Positions 46,482 to 55,229 of a DNA stretch of 64,000 nt are shown here, piece by piece. The stretch's first letter is position 1; the number at the start of each line of letters is the position of its first letter. Under the pieces are notes generated by a model. That model saw nothing but the letters and a program-made list of their open reading frames with translations. It was not told the DNA's origin and searched no databases. Position numbers and translations under genes: made by a program. Source of the stretch: Alphaproteobacteria bacterium (lineage in GTDB: Bacteria > Pseudomonadota > Alphaproteobacteria > MPNO01); contig OZ241868.1 in the NCBI GenBank assembly GCA_965202905.1, forward strand, positions 516,879-580,878. The letters run 5' to 3'.

Positions 46482-47333
46482 TCACGCGTCGGCGATGCTG
46501 CGCTCCATCGTCTCCCGCAGGCCCGCGGTGACTTCCGGCTGGACGCCGAACCACATCTTCCAGGCGGGCGGCCCCTGGTGCAGAAGCATGCCGAGGCCGT
46601 TCAAGGTGCGATTACCCCGTTCGCGGGCGGCGGCCAGGAAGGGCGTTTCCAGCGGCGTGTAGATGATGTCGGCGGCCAAGGCCGATTGCGGCAGCTTGTC
46701 GAGCCTGAGATCCAGCGCCGGCTGGCCGGCCATGCCCTGACTGGTGACGTTGATCGCCGTCGCCGCGCCCTCCAGCATGTCGTGACGGTCCTCCCAGGGC
46801 GCGACCTCGATCGTGCCGCCGAACTCCGCGGCGATGGCCTCGGCCTTCGCTTGCGTGCGGTTGACCAGCCGAATCTCCGTGGCGCCCAGATGCAACAGTG
46901 CATGGCAGACCGCGCGGCCGCCGCCGCCGGCCCCGATTACGGCGACCGGACCCGCATCGGCGCGCCAGTCCGGCCGGTTCTGCTGCACGTTGCCGACGAA
47001 GCCCAGCCAGTCGTTATTGGCGCCGAACAGCGATCCGTCGTCCCGCACGACCACGCAGCTTATTGCACCGATCCTGTTCGCCGCCTCGTCCACCTCGTCG
47101 ACGATGGTCATGGCGTCCAGCTTGTGGGGGATCGTGAGGTTGCAGCCAGAAAAGCCCAACGGGTGCAACGCTCTAAGGGCCGGCGCCAAAATGCCCGGCT
47201 TGATGGCCAGGAAGACATAGGCGCCCGCCAAGCCCTCCTGCTCCATCCAATAGTTGTGCATGAGAGGCGAGCGCGAATGCATCACCGGCCAGCCCATCAC
47301 GCCGGCCATCAGGAATCGATCCGGGTGCGTCAA
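46482..47333 (-). CDS. shikimate/quinate dehydrogenase (AroE family)
   Basis: HSRSPLMHN substrate motif, GAGGGGRAV NAD(P) fold. Confidence 0.8.
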   Translation of the reverse strand: MTHPDRFLMAGVMGWPVMHSRSPLMHNYWMEQEGLAGAYVFLAIKPGILAPALRALHPLGFSGCNLTIPHKLDAMTIVDEVDEAANRIGAISCVVVRDDGSLFGANNDWLGFVGNVQQNRPDWRADAGPVAVIGAGGGGRAVCHALLHLGATEIRLVNRTQAKAEAIAAEFGGTIEVAPWEDRHDMLEGAATAINVTSQGMAGQPALDLRLDKLPQSALAADIIYTPLETPFLAAARERGNRTLNGLGMLLHQGPPAWKMWFGVQPEVTAGLRETMERSIADA

Positions 47334-47391
47334 TGTGAAAATCCCACAGAAAGTTCGACGTCAGGCTGACGGAAGCCGCCCCTTCGTTGGC

Positions 47392-48075
47392 CTACGGGCG
47401 ACCATCGAGCTTGGCGCTGAAATGATCCCAGGTGCGTTTAAACAGAGTCGGGTTCCACAGCTTCTCCCGGCACGCCTCGACCTCTTCGTCGCTGAAGGCG
47501 TAGGGCTTGCCGATTTGCGCCGACATGTACTGGCGGCAGGCATTTTCTTCGAGATAGTTCATCAGCACGAAGGCATCGACGATGCTCTTGCCCGTGGTCG
47601 CCGCGCCATGCGCCTTCATCAGCACCGCCGGCCTGTCGCCGAGTTCGTCCGCAAGCCGCCCGGCCATCTCCGGGGTGTTGATGGAGTCCGGGGAGTCGAG
47701 CACCGGCATCGGATAGACCAGCGATCCCTGCGCGTAGACCGGCAGATATTCCTGGCCGGCGGTCGTAAGAATGGTCGACCAGTTGGGATGGGCATGGATG
47801 ACGGCATCGACATCGGGCCGCGCCTTGTAGATGCCGGCGTGGAGGTGGAACTCCAGCGGCGGCCTGCCGTCGCCCTCTATCAGATTGCCGTCGAAATCGA
47901 TGGTGCAGATGTCGTCGACCGTCAGTCGGGCCCGCTGGCGCGAACCGATATTGATCAACATGCGCCGGCCGCCGGCGCGGACGCTCGCATGGCCATTGTA
48001 GTCGATGATGTCCGACCGCTCGAGCATGCGGATGCAGTGGACGATCTGTTCCTTCATCTCGAGCGTCTCGCTCAT
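47392..48075 (-). CDS. class II aldolase/adducin-family protein (possibly a decarboxylase, cf. 3,4-dihydroxyphthalate decarboxylase)
   Basis: 227 aa from MSETLEMKEQIVHC; His metal-ligand pattern; trimmed. Confidence 0.7.
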   Translation of the reverse strand: MSETLEMKEQIVHCIRMLERSDIIDYNGHASVRAGGRRMLINIGSRQRARLTVDDICTIDFDGNLIEGDGRPPLEFHLHAGIYKARPDVDAVIHAHPNWSTILTTAGQEYLPVYAQGSLVYPMPVLDSPDSINTPEMAGRLADELGDRPAVLMKAHGAATTGKSIVDAFVLMNYLEENACRQYMSAQIGKPYAFSDEEVEACREKLWNPTLFKRTWDHFSAKLDGRP

Positions 48076-48097
48076 GTCGCGCTTTCTTTCCCGTTTC

Positions 48098-48880
48098 TCA
48101 CCAGCCGGCTTGCTCGCGCACGCCGCGGCGCCACAGCTCCCAGGCCCGCATACTTGCCCCCTTGTTGGGGACGTCCGCCAGGAGGCCTTCTTCCTCATCG
48201 AGCGACGCCACGGTCCCTGCGCCGCCGAGCGCTACGGTCCAGTGCTGAACGCGCGCGTTAACCTCCGTATAGACGGCGCGGAACACCGCGGTCTGCAGGG
48301 TCGGGCCACAGGCGACCGATCCATGCGCACGCATGAGCGCGACGTTCTTGTCGCCCAGACATGCCGCAAAGGCGACGCCTTTGGGACAATCGCTGACCAG
48401 CATGTCGGTGGCGCCAAATTCTTCGCTGATATCGAAGACCGGCGCGCCCGCGGCCAGAAAGGCCGCGTTGTGGAACATCGCCTCCATCTTCCTATCGACC
48501 AAGCCGAACGGAATGACCGACGGCGAGTGGCTGTGCGCGACCGCATTGATATCGGGCCGGGCCTTATAGACTTCCCCGTGGATGAAGCGTTCGAGGAAAC
48601 TTCCGCGCCCGTTTGCGTCGCAGGGTTCGCTTTCCAGGCTGTATTCAATAATGTCCTCCGGAGTCGCCATGGCGGGCGCCATGGCGCGCGACATGAAGTA
48701 ACGATCGGGTGAATCGGGGTGGCGATGCGAAATGTGGCCAAACGCGTCGACGACGCCCCGCTCGGCCAAGATGCGGCTCGCCGCGGCCAGATCCGCTTTG
48801 AAGTCGGCCGAAACCGGACCGCCGGAGATCGGATCGTCGCTCAATATTCGCTCTGTGCCTCGGGATGCGCCAATGGCCAT
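48098..48880 (-). CDS. class II aldolase/adducin-family protein (paralogue)
   Basis: start chosen at the ATG preceded by AAGGAGGG; an in-frame upstream ATG would extend to 48913. Confidence 0.65.
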   Translation of the reverse strand: MAIGASRGTERILSDDPISGGPVSADFKADLAAASRILAERGVVDAFGHISHRHPDSPDRYFMSRAMAPAMATPEDIIEYSLESEPCDANGRGSFLERFIHGEVYKARPDINAVAHSHSPSVIPFGLVDRKMEAMFHNAAFLAAGAPVFDISEEFGATDMLVSDCPKGVAFAACLGDKNVALMRAHGSVACGPTLQTAVFRAVYTEVNARVQHWTVALGGAGTVASLDEEEGLLADVPNKGASMRAWELWRRGVREQAGW

Positions 48881-49004
48881 GTCACTGTCGCTCCCTCCTT
48901 CGGACGCGCTCATTTTTCACGACGGCTCTCCAAATTCGCGTGGACGATGAAATCCTATGGAGCGGCCCACAGGGAGTCCATCGAACCGTAATGTCCGGAT
49001 CGGG

Positions 49005-49496
49005 TCAGGCCTCGACCTCGAAGATGGCCTCGATTTCCATCGGGAAGCCGCGGGGAAGCTCGGCCATGCCGACGGCGCTGCGCGCGTGTTGGCCGGCTTC
49101 GGGGCCGAACAGCGCAAGGAAGAGGTCCGAGGCGCCGTCGATGACGGCGAACTGGCGCTCGTAGCCCGGCGAGGAATTGACCATGCCGGTGACCTTGACC
49201 ACCTGGACGATCTTGTCCAGCGAGCCGATCTGCTGCTTGACCGAGGCGAGGATATTGAGCGCGACCTTGCGCGCGGTATCGACCGCGTCGGCCTCGGGGA
49301 TTTCGGCATCGACCTTGCCGCGCATTACCGCGTCGGGTTCGGCCGGCGGCGGATGGCCCGAGGTGTAGAGTAGCCGGCCGACCTGGACGCACCCTGTGCG
49401 GTTGGCGCTCGGGTACTTGAAGGGAGCGGGCAGCGCCAAGCCCATCTTGGCCAGGCGCGTTTCGATCCTGCTGGCGGCCGGTTCGGGTCTTCCCAT
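49005..49496 (-). CDS. RidA/YjgF-family protein (enamine/imine deaminase; cf. 2-aminomuconate deaminase)
   Basis: C-terminal RidA core (GFPMEIEAIFEV) with N-terminal extension. Confidence 0.75.
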   Translation of the reverse strand: MGRPEPAASRIETRLAKMGLALPAPFKYPSANRTGCVQVGRLLYTSGHPPPAEPDAVMRGKVDAEIPEADAVDTARKVALNILASVKQQIGSLDKIVQVVKVTGMVNSSPGYERQFAVIDGASDLFLALFGPEAGQHARSAVGMAELPRGFPMEIEAIFEVEA

Positions 49497-49505
49497 CTCG
49501 GGTTC

Positions 49506-51665
49506 TCAGTGTGCCGGCTCGGGGATCGGCGGGTCTGCACCTTCGGGAAGCGGCCGCAGCCGGCAGGGTAGGCCGCGCGTGTCCGCCGAGCCGGTGATCG
49601 GGTCCCACGGCCCTCCATAGGATATGGCCGCGTTGATGTTGACGGTGAGCGCGCCGTGCTCGGGGCCCGGCGCCTCGGGCAGCCACCAGCCCATGCCGGT
49701 GCGCACGACCCCGGGCGCGGTCTCTTCGGTGAGGCTGAGCCGGAGCGCGCACACGCCGTCGCCGGCCGGGGTCTCGACCTCGACCCAGTCATCGGCCGCG
49801 AGCCCCAGCCCGGCGGCGGTTCCGGGATGGATCTGAAGCAGGGGAAAGGGCGAGATTTTGCGCGCCCAAGCCTGATCACGATAGCGCGAATGATGGTAGG
49901 TCTTCTCGCGCGCGCCGGTCAGCAGCACCAGCGGGTAGTCCGCGCGCACCGCCGGGGTCTCGCGCTCGATCCTGGGCGCGATGTGGACCGGCAGCGGCTT
50001 GAGGCCGAGCGCGGCGAGCGTTTCGGAAAAGAGTTCGATCTTGCCGGTGGGTGTGCGGAAGCCAGCGATCTCGAAATCGCCCATCCGAAACGGATAGCGG
50101 GCGTAGCCGGTCCGCTCAAGCTCTTCGAAGGCGATCTCGTTTTCGCCCAGGAGCATCGCGTTGAATTCCCGCTTGCTGCGCCAGGGGATGAACCGGCGCG
50201 CCGCGACGCCGCGGGTCTCCAGCCGGTCGGCGAGGTCGGCGGCGATCTCGAAATCCGAGCGCGCCTGCCCGCGCGGGGCGAGCACGGGCCGGGTGTAGCT
50301 GACGCACGGCGCCGCGGGATCGAGCGAGATCTCTTCTTCCTCCAACCCCGTGGTCTTGGGCAGCACGATGTCGGCGAGCGCGGCCGTCGGCGTCATCGAA
50401 TGGCTCACCGCCACGAAGAAGTCGAGCGAACGCAATGCCGCCAGCGTTTGGCGTGTGTCCGGATAGGTGACCGCGATGTTGACGCCGCTCAGATACATCG
50501 CCCGCACTGGGTAGGGCTCGCCCGTCAGGATCGCCCGGAGAACCGAAGGGTTATGGCAGGCGGTCTGCCAGCCGTCCGGTCCAGCCCAGAGTGGGAAGGC
50601 GTCCGCGCCGATCGTCTTGGCCTCGATGTCGGGCTCCAGCCGGTAGGCCGGGTCATGGAGCAGGTCGATGTAGTTACGGAGGCCCTTGGGCCGCTTGGTC
50701 CGTCGGTTGCCGCCGACGCGATCCAGGTTGCCGGTGATCGCGACCAGGATATGGAACGCGCGAAAGGTCTGGACGCCGTTGGAGAATGCATCGATTCCGT
50801 GTCCGCTGACGAAGGTCGAGGGGCGCGCGGCATAGAGCCGGGCGGCGCGGACGATGCGCTCGGCCGGGACGCCGCTCAGCTGCGCGGCCCAGTCGGGCGT
50901 CAGGGCCGCGACGTGGTCCGCCAGCGCCTCGAAGCCGTGGCACCAACGCGCGGTGAAGTCCCGGTCGTAGAGGTCTTCCGCGACGATCACATGGATCATC
51001 GCCAGCGCGATCGCCGCATCGGCGCCGGGCCTGGGCTGGAGCCACAGATCGGCCATCGCCGCGGCCGGCGTCCGCGCGGGGTCGATGACCACGATCTTCG
51101 CCCCCCTGGCTTTGGCCCGCCTGAGCGCCATCCACTGGGCCGGATCGGCCGCGGACGGATTACGCCCGACGATCAACGCGCAGGCGGTTTCGTCGATGTC
51201 CTCGCCCCCGATGCATGAAAGCCCGGTGATCCTGTCCGACAGCGCCCGGCAGCCGCCGCATAGATCCTGGTTCATCATCCAGTTGGGCGAGCCCAGGGCG
51301 CGCATCAACAGGGCCACCATCGCGCCCCGGCTGAAGAAAGCCGACGAGACCGCTCCCACCAGCGACAGCGGCCCGTGGGTCTGGCGCGTCGCGATCAGCC
51401 CGTCGGCGACCTCATCGAGCGCGGTATCCCAGCCGATCGGCTCCCAGTCGCCGGACCCGCGCGGCCCGCACCGGCGCAGCGGCCGGATCAGCCGGTCGGG
51501 ATGCCCGGTCAGCTCCTTGACGCCGCGGATTCCCTTGACGCAGAAGGCGCCTCTGGAGCCGGGATGGTCGGGGTTGGGGTCGATCCGGGCGATGCGGCCG
51601 TCCTCGACGCTCACCAGCGCGCCGCAGCGGGTGCTGCATTCCCAGCAGGTCGTCGGTACTTGCAT
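49506..51665 (-). CDS. molybdopterin (Mo-bisPGD) oxidoreductase, stand-alone catalytic subunit with N-terminal [4Fe-4S] motif
   Basis: 719 aa from MQVPTTCWECSTRCG...C (C-x2-C-x3-C...C); no Tat signal; trimmed. Confidence 0.8.
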   Translation of the reverse strand: MQVPTTCWECSTRCGALVSVEDGRIARIDPNPDHPGSRGAFCVKGIRGVKELTGHPDRLIRPLRRCGPRGSGDWEPIGWDTALDEVADGLIATRQTHGPLSLVGAVSSAFFSRGAMVALLMRALGSPNWMMNQDLCGGCRALSDRITGLSCIGGEDIDETACALIVGRNPSAADPAQWMALRRAKARGAKIVVIDPARTPAAAMADLWLQPRPGADAAIALAMIHVIVAEDLYDRDFTARWCHGFEALADHVAALTPDWAAQLSGVPAERIVRAARLYAARPSTFVSGHGIDAFSNGVQTFRAFHILVAITGNLDRVGGNRRTKRPKGLRNYIDLLHDPAYRLEPDIEAKTIGADAFPLWAGPDGWQTACHNPSVLRAILTGEPYPVRAMYLSGVNIAVTYPDTRQTLAALRSLDFFVAVSHSMTPTAALADIVLPKTTGLEEEEISLDPAAPCVSYTRPVLAPRGQARSDFEIAADLADRLETRGVAARRFIPWRSKREFNAMLLGENEIAFEELERTGYARYPFRMGDFEIAGFRTPTGKIELFSETLAALGLKPLPVHIAPRIERETPAVRADYPLVLLTGAREKTYHHSRYRDQAWARKISPFPLLQIHPGTAAGLGLAADDWVEVETPAGDGVCALRLSLTEETAPGVVRTGMGWWLPEAPGPEHGALTVNINAAISYGGPWDPITGSADTRGLPCRLRPLPEGADPPIPEPAH

Positions 51666-52214
51666 CGTTCGCTTTCCCCAGCTCCCACGATCTCCCGATC
51701 TTATCATGCAGCGCCTCGCCCGGCATGTCTGCGGGCCAGAAGGCCGGAAAAAGGCACTGTATCATCGCCGGCGCGGGCGATGTCGTTCATGCAGGCCCTG
51801 GCGGGCACGAAAGAGATCCGATCCGTGACGAGGCTCACGACCGCGACGTCCGCCAAACTGCGGCGGGGAGGCTCATGCACCGCGCGGCCTGCCTAAAGGA
51901 AGGGAGTGTCATGACAGACGAGAAGACTTCGATCCCATCGTGCCCACCGCCGGATCTGAACCCCGATCGGCTGCGCTTTTCAGTGCCTCAGGGTGCGTGC
52001 GATGCCCATCTCGATGCCGGTCATGCCGGCGGCGAGCCAGATCGGCACATTGGTCTTGCTGAAGATCACTGTGCCCGCCTTGCGCCAGCGCTCGACGCGC
52101 GCGAGATAGTGCTCCAGGATTTCCACGCAGCCTATCTTGCGGCGGCGGGGCCCGCCAGCCGCTCGGCCGACTGAAACACGATATCGCTCATCCCCGCCCC
52201 GCGCGCTGTCATCT

Positions 52215-53116
52215 GCTGAGGAAATTAGTACTTCGCGGCCGATGCCTTGGGCATCTCGAAGACGCGCTTGACCTCGGGGAGGTTCGCGACCACGGTCTCG
52301 CCCACGGTGAGGAGCCGCTTGCGCATACTCTCGCGCTCTTCCGGCGTCAGGTCGTAGATCCGGCCGCCGTTTTCCTTCCACGCCCCCTCATTCCTGGCGA
52401 GGAATTCCTCTCTGTAGGCGAGTGTCTCCCAATCGGTGTTCTGGCCTTCCTCGATCAGAACCTGACGGATGTCGCCGGGTAGTTTTTTTCATCTTGGCGA
52501 TGGCCTCCACCAGGATCGTCGATTCGTTGGTCCGGGTGAGATTCCTGGTCACCGACCAGTATTTGAAGGTCACGAAGATCGACAGCCTGCTTTTCATGCC
52601 ATCCACCGTGCCGCGCTGCAGGGCCTGGAGCGCTTCCAGCAGCGGGATCGGGGCCGGCGAGGCGCCAAGCCGACGCATGGTCTCGCGTTCGATGTCGCTG
52701 GCGAAAACCCGGATCTTTTTGCCCCCGAAATCGGCCAGACGCTTGATCGGCGCGCGCGAGACGTAATGCGCGAGATCTCCTGCATAGATGCCGATCCCGG
52801 TGATGCTCTTGCGATCGCCCATCGAGAAGAACATCTTTTTGAAGTCCGGGTCGTGCAGCGCGTTCTGGGCATGGCGCAGGTCGTGGAACAGGCCCGGCGC
52901 TGAGGTGACCATGAAGCGCTTGTCGATGCCGACGAAGAAATCCGGCGGAAACAGCGCCATTTCCTGGGTTCCAAGCTGGACGCCTTCGATCTGACGGGGA
53001 ATTCCGCCAAGCTGGCCCGCCGGGAAGACGCAGACATCGACCCGATTGCTGATGCGGCGCTCGACATTCTTCTCGAAGTTGAGCATCCACTGATGCACGG
53101 TGTCCTTGATGGTCAC
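52215..53116 (-). pseudogene. TRAP-transporter DctP-family solute-binding protein, frameshifted and N-terminally truncated
   Basis: DctP-like translation in two frames joined at T7 run 52483..52489; no signal peptide or first ~60 residues; no dctQM nearby. Confidence 0.6.
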
Positions 53117-53137
53117 CGAGCCGATCTTGGAGGGGTG

Positions 53138-54376
53138 ATGGCGGAAATGACGGGCGCGCTGGCGGGCGTGCGGGTGGTCGACCTGACTCGGGTTCTGGCT
53201 GGGCCCTATTGCACCCAGCTTCTGGGCGATCTCGGTGCCGACGTGATCAAGATCGAACGCCCGGGGAGCGGCGACGATACGCGGAAATTCGCGCCGCCCT
53301 TCCTCAAGGACGAAGACGGCAGCGACACCGCCGAGAGCGCCTATTTCATGTCGGCCAACCGCAACAAGCGCTCCGTCGCCCTCGATATCTCAAAGCCGCA
53401 AGGCCAGGATGTCGTGCGCGCGCTAATCCGCAAGGCGGATGCGGTTGTCGAGAATTTCAAGACCGGCAATCTCGCGCGCTACGGCCTCGACTACGACACG
53501 GTGAAGGTGGACAACCCGAAGCTGGTCTACTGTTCGATCACCGGCTTCGGCCAGACTGGGCCCTATGCAAAGCGGCCGGGATACGACTTTCTGATCCAGG
53601 CGATGGGCGGGATCATGTCGCTGACCGGGGAGGTCCAGGGCGAGCCGCAGAAGGTCGGCGTGCCGATCGCCGACATCATGTCGGGCATGTTCGCATCCGT
53701 GGCGGTGAGCGCGGCGCTGCGCCACGCCGCGCTCACCGGCCGGGGTCAGTACATCGACATCGGCATGCTCGACACCCAGGTCGCCTGGCTGGTCAACGCC
53801 GGGATGAATTTCCTGCACGCGGACGATCTCGGCCGGCTGGGCAACGCGCACCCCAACATCGTGCCCTATCAGGTCTTTGCCACCGCCGACGGCCATATTG
53901 TCGTAGCGATCGGCAACGATTCCCAGTTCCGCCGGTTCTGCGACTCGATTGACCGCGCCGATCTCTGCGAAGATGCGCGGTTCGCAACCAACGACGCGCG
54001 GGTGCGCAACCGAGAGAGCTGCATCGCGGCTCTCCGGCCGGTCTTCGAGTTGCGACCGTCGGCCGACTGGCTCGCCGATCTCGAGGCGCAAGGCATCGGC
54101 TGCGGGCCGATCAACAATCTGGCGCAGGTCTTCGAGGACCCGCACGTGCGCGCCCGCGGCATGATCGCCGAGGTGCCGCATCCGGCGATTGACGGCCGGC
54201 CGGCGCGGCTGATCGCGAGCCCCCTACGGCTGTCCGCGACGCCGGTCGAGACCCGCCGCGCCCCGCCGCTCCTGGGACAGCACACCGAAGAAGTGCTGGA
54301 AGAGGTGCTGGGCATGGACGATGCGGCCCGCGCGGGGCTGCGCGAGGCTGGGATCATCGGGCCGGCTCTGTCATAG
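53138..54376 (+). CDS. CaiB/BaiF family (class III) CoA-transferase
   Basis: GVRVVDLTRVLAGPYCTQLLGDLGADVIKIERP... Confidence 0.85.
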   Translation: MAEMTGALAGVRVVDLTRVLAGPYCTQLLGDLGADVIKIERPGSGDDTRKFAPPFLKDEDGSDTAESAYFMSANRNKRSVALDISKPQGQDVVRALIRKADAVVENFKTGNLARYGLDYDTVKVDNPKLVYCSITGFGQTGPYAKRPGYDFLIQAMGGIMSLTGEVQGEPQKVGVPIADIMSGMFASVAVSAALRHAALTGRGQYIDIGMLDTQVAWLVNAGMNFLHADDLGRLGNAHPNIVPYQVFATADGHIVVAIGNDSQFRRFCDSIDRADLCEDARFATNDARVRNRESCIAALRPVFELRPSADWLADLEAQGIGCGPINNLAQVFEDPHVRARGMIAEVPHPAIDGRPARLIASPLRLSATPVETRRAPPLLGQHTEEVLEEVLGMDDAARAGLREAGIIGPALS

Positions 54377-54403
54377 TCGGGCCGGTAATCCGGGGAGGGC
54401 AAG

Positions 54404-55219
54404 ATGACCGAAATCGGCCACATCAATTACGACGAAATTGAGGTCGAAAACTCCGCGACCTATGACAGCCTGAAGGACAGGGTGGTGATCGTCACCGGCG
54501 GCGGCCAGGGTATCGGCCGCGGCTATGCTCACTACTTCGCGGCCCAGGGCGCGATCCCGGTGATCGCCGAGCTCGACGCCGACGCTGGCGAGCGGGTGGC
54601 CGACGAGGTCCGGGCGAAGCAGGGCAAGGCGCTGGCGGTCCAGACCGATGTCGCCGACCTCGATTCGGCGACCAACATGGCCGAGAAGACGCTGGCCGAG
54701 TTCGGCCGCATCGACTGCCTGATCAACAACGCTGCGGTCTTCTCCAGGATCACGATGGCGCCGTTCTGGGAGCTCCCGGTGGACGAGTGGAAGGCGGCGA
54801 TGGACGTCAACATCACCGGATCCTTCTTCTGCGCCCGCGCAGTGGTGCCGGCGATGCAGAAGGCGCGCTGGGGCCGCATCGTCAACGTCTCCTCGGCCAC
54901 CTTCGTGATGGGCCTGCCCAACTACCTCCATTACATCACTTCAAAATCGGCCATGGTCGGCATGACCCGGTCGATGGCGCGCGAGCTCGGCGGGTGGAAC
55001 ATTACCGTCAACACCTTCTGGCCGGGCGTGATGCAGACCGAAATCGAGCGCTCCTCGGTGCCGCGCGAGCGGTTCAAGGAATACACCGACCGCCAGTCGA
55101 TCAAGCGGCAGGGAACGATCCACGACCTCGCCAAGGCGATGCTGTTCCTGTGCTCGGAGGAGGCGAGCTACATATCGGGCCAGAACCTGCAGCCCGACGG
55201 CGGTCTCACGTTCCTCTGA
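54404..55219 (+). CDS. SDR-family oxidoreductase (FabG-like)
   Basis: TGGGQGIGRG, NNAA, Y-x3-K (YITSKSAM). Confidence 0.85.
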   Translation: MTEIGHINYDEIEVENSATYDSLKDRVVIVTGGGQGIGRGYAHYFAAQGAIPVIAELDADAGERVADEVRAKQGKALAVQTDVADLDSATNMAEKTLAEFGRIDCLINNAAVFSRITMAPFWELPVDEWKAAMDVNITGSFFCARAVVPAMQKARWGRIVNVSSATFVMGLPNYLHYITSKSAMVGMTRSMARELGGWNITVNTFWPGVMQTEIERSSVPRERFKEYTDRQSIKRQGTIHDLAKAMLFLCSEEASYISGQNLQPDGGLTFL

Positions 55220-55229
55220 GGGCGCGGCA

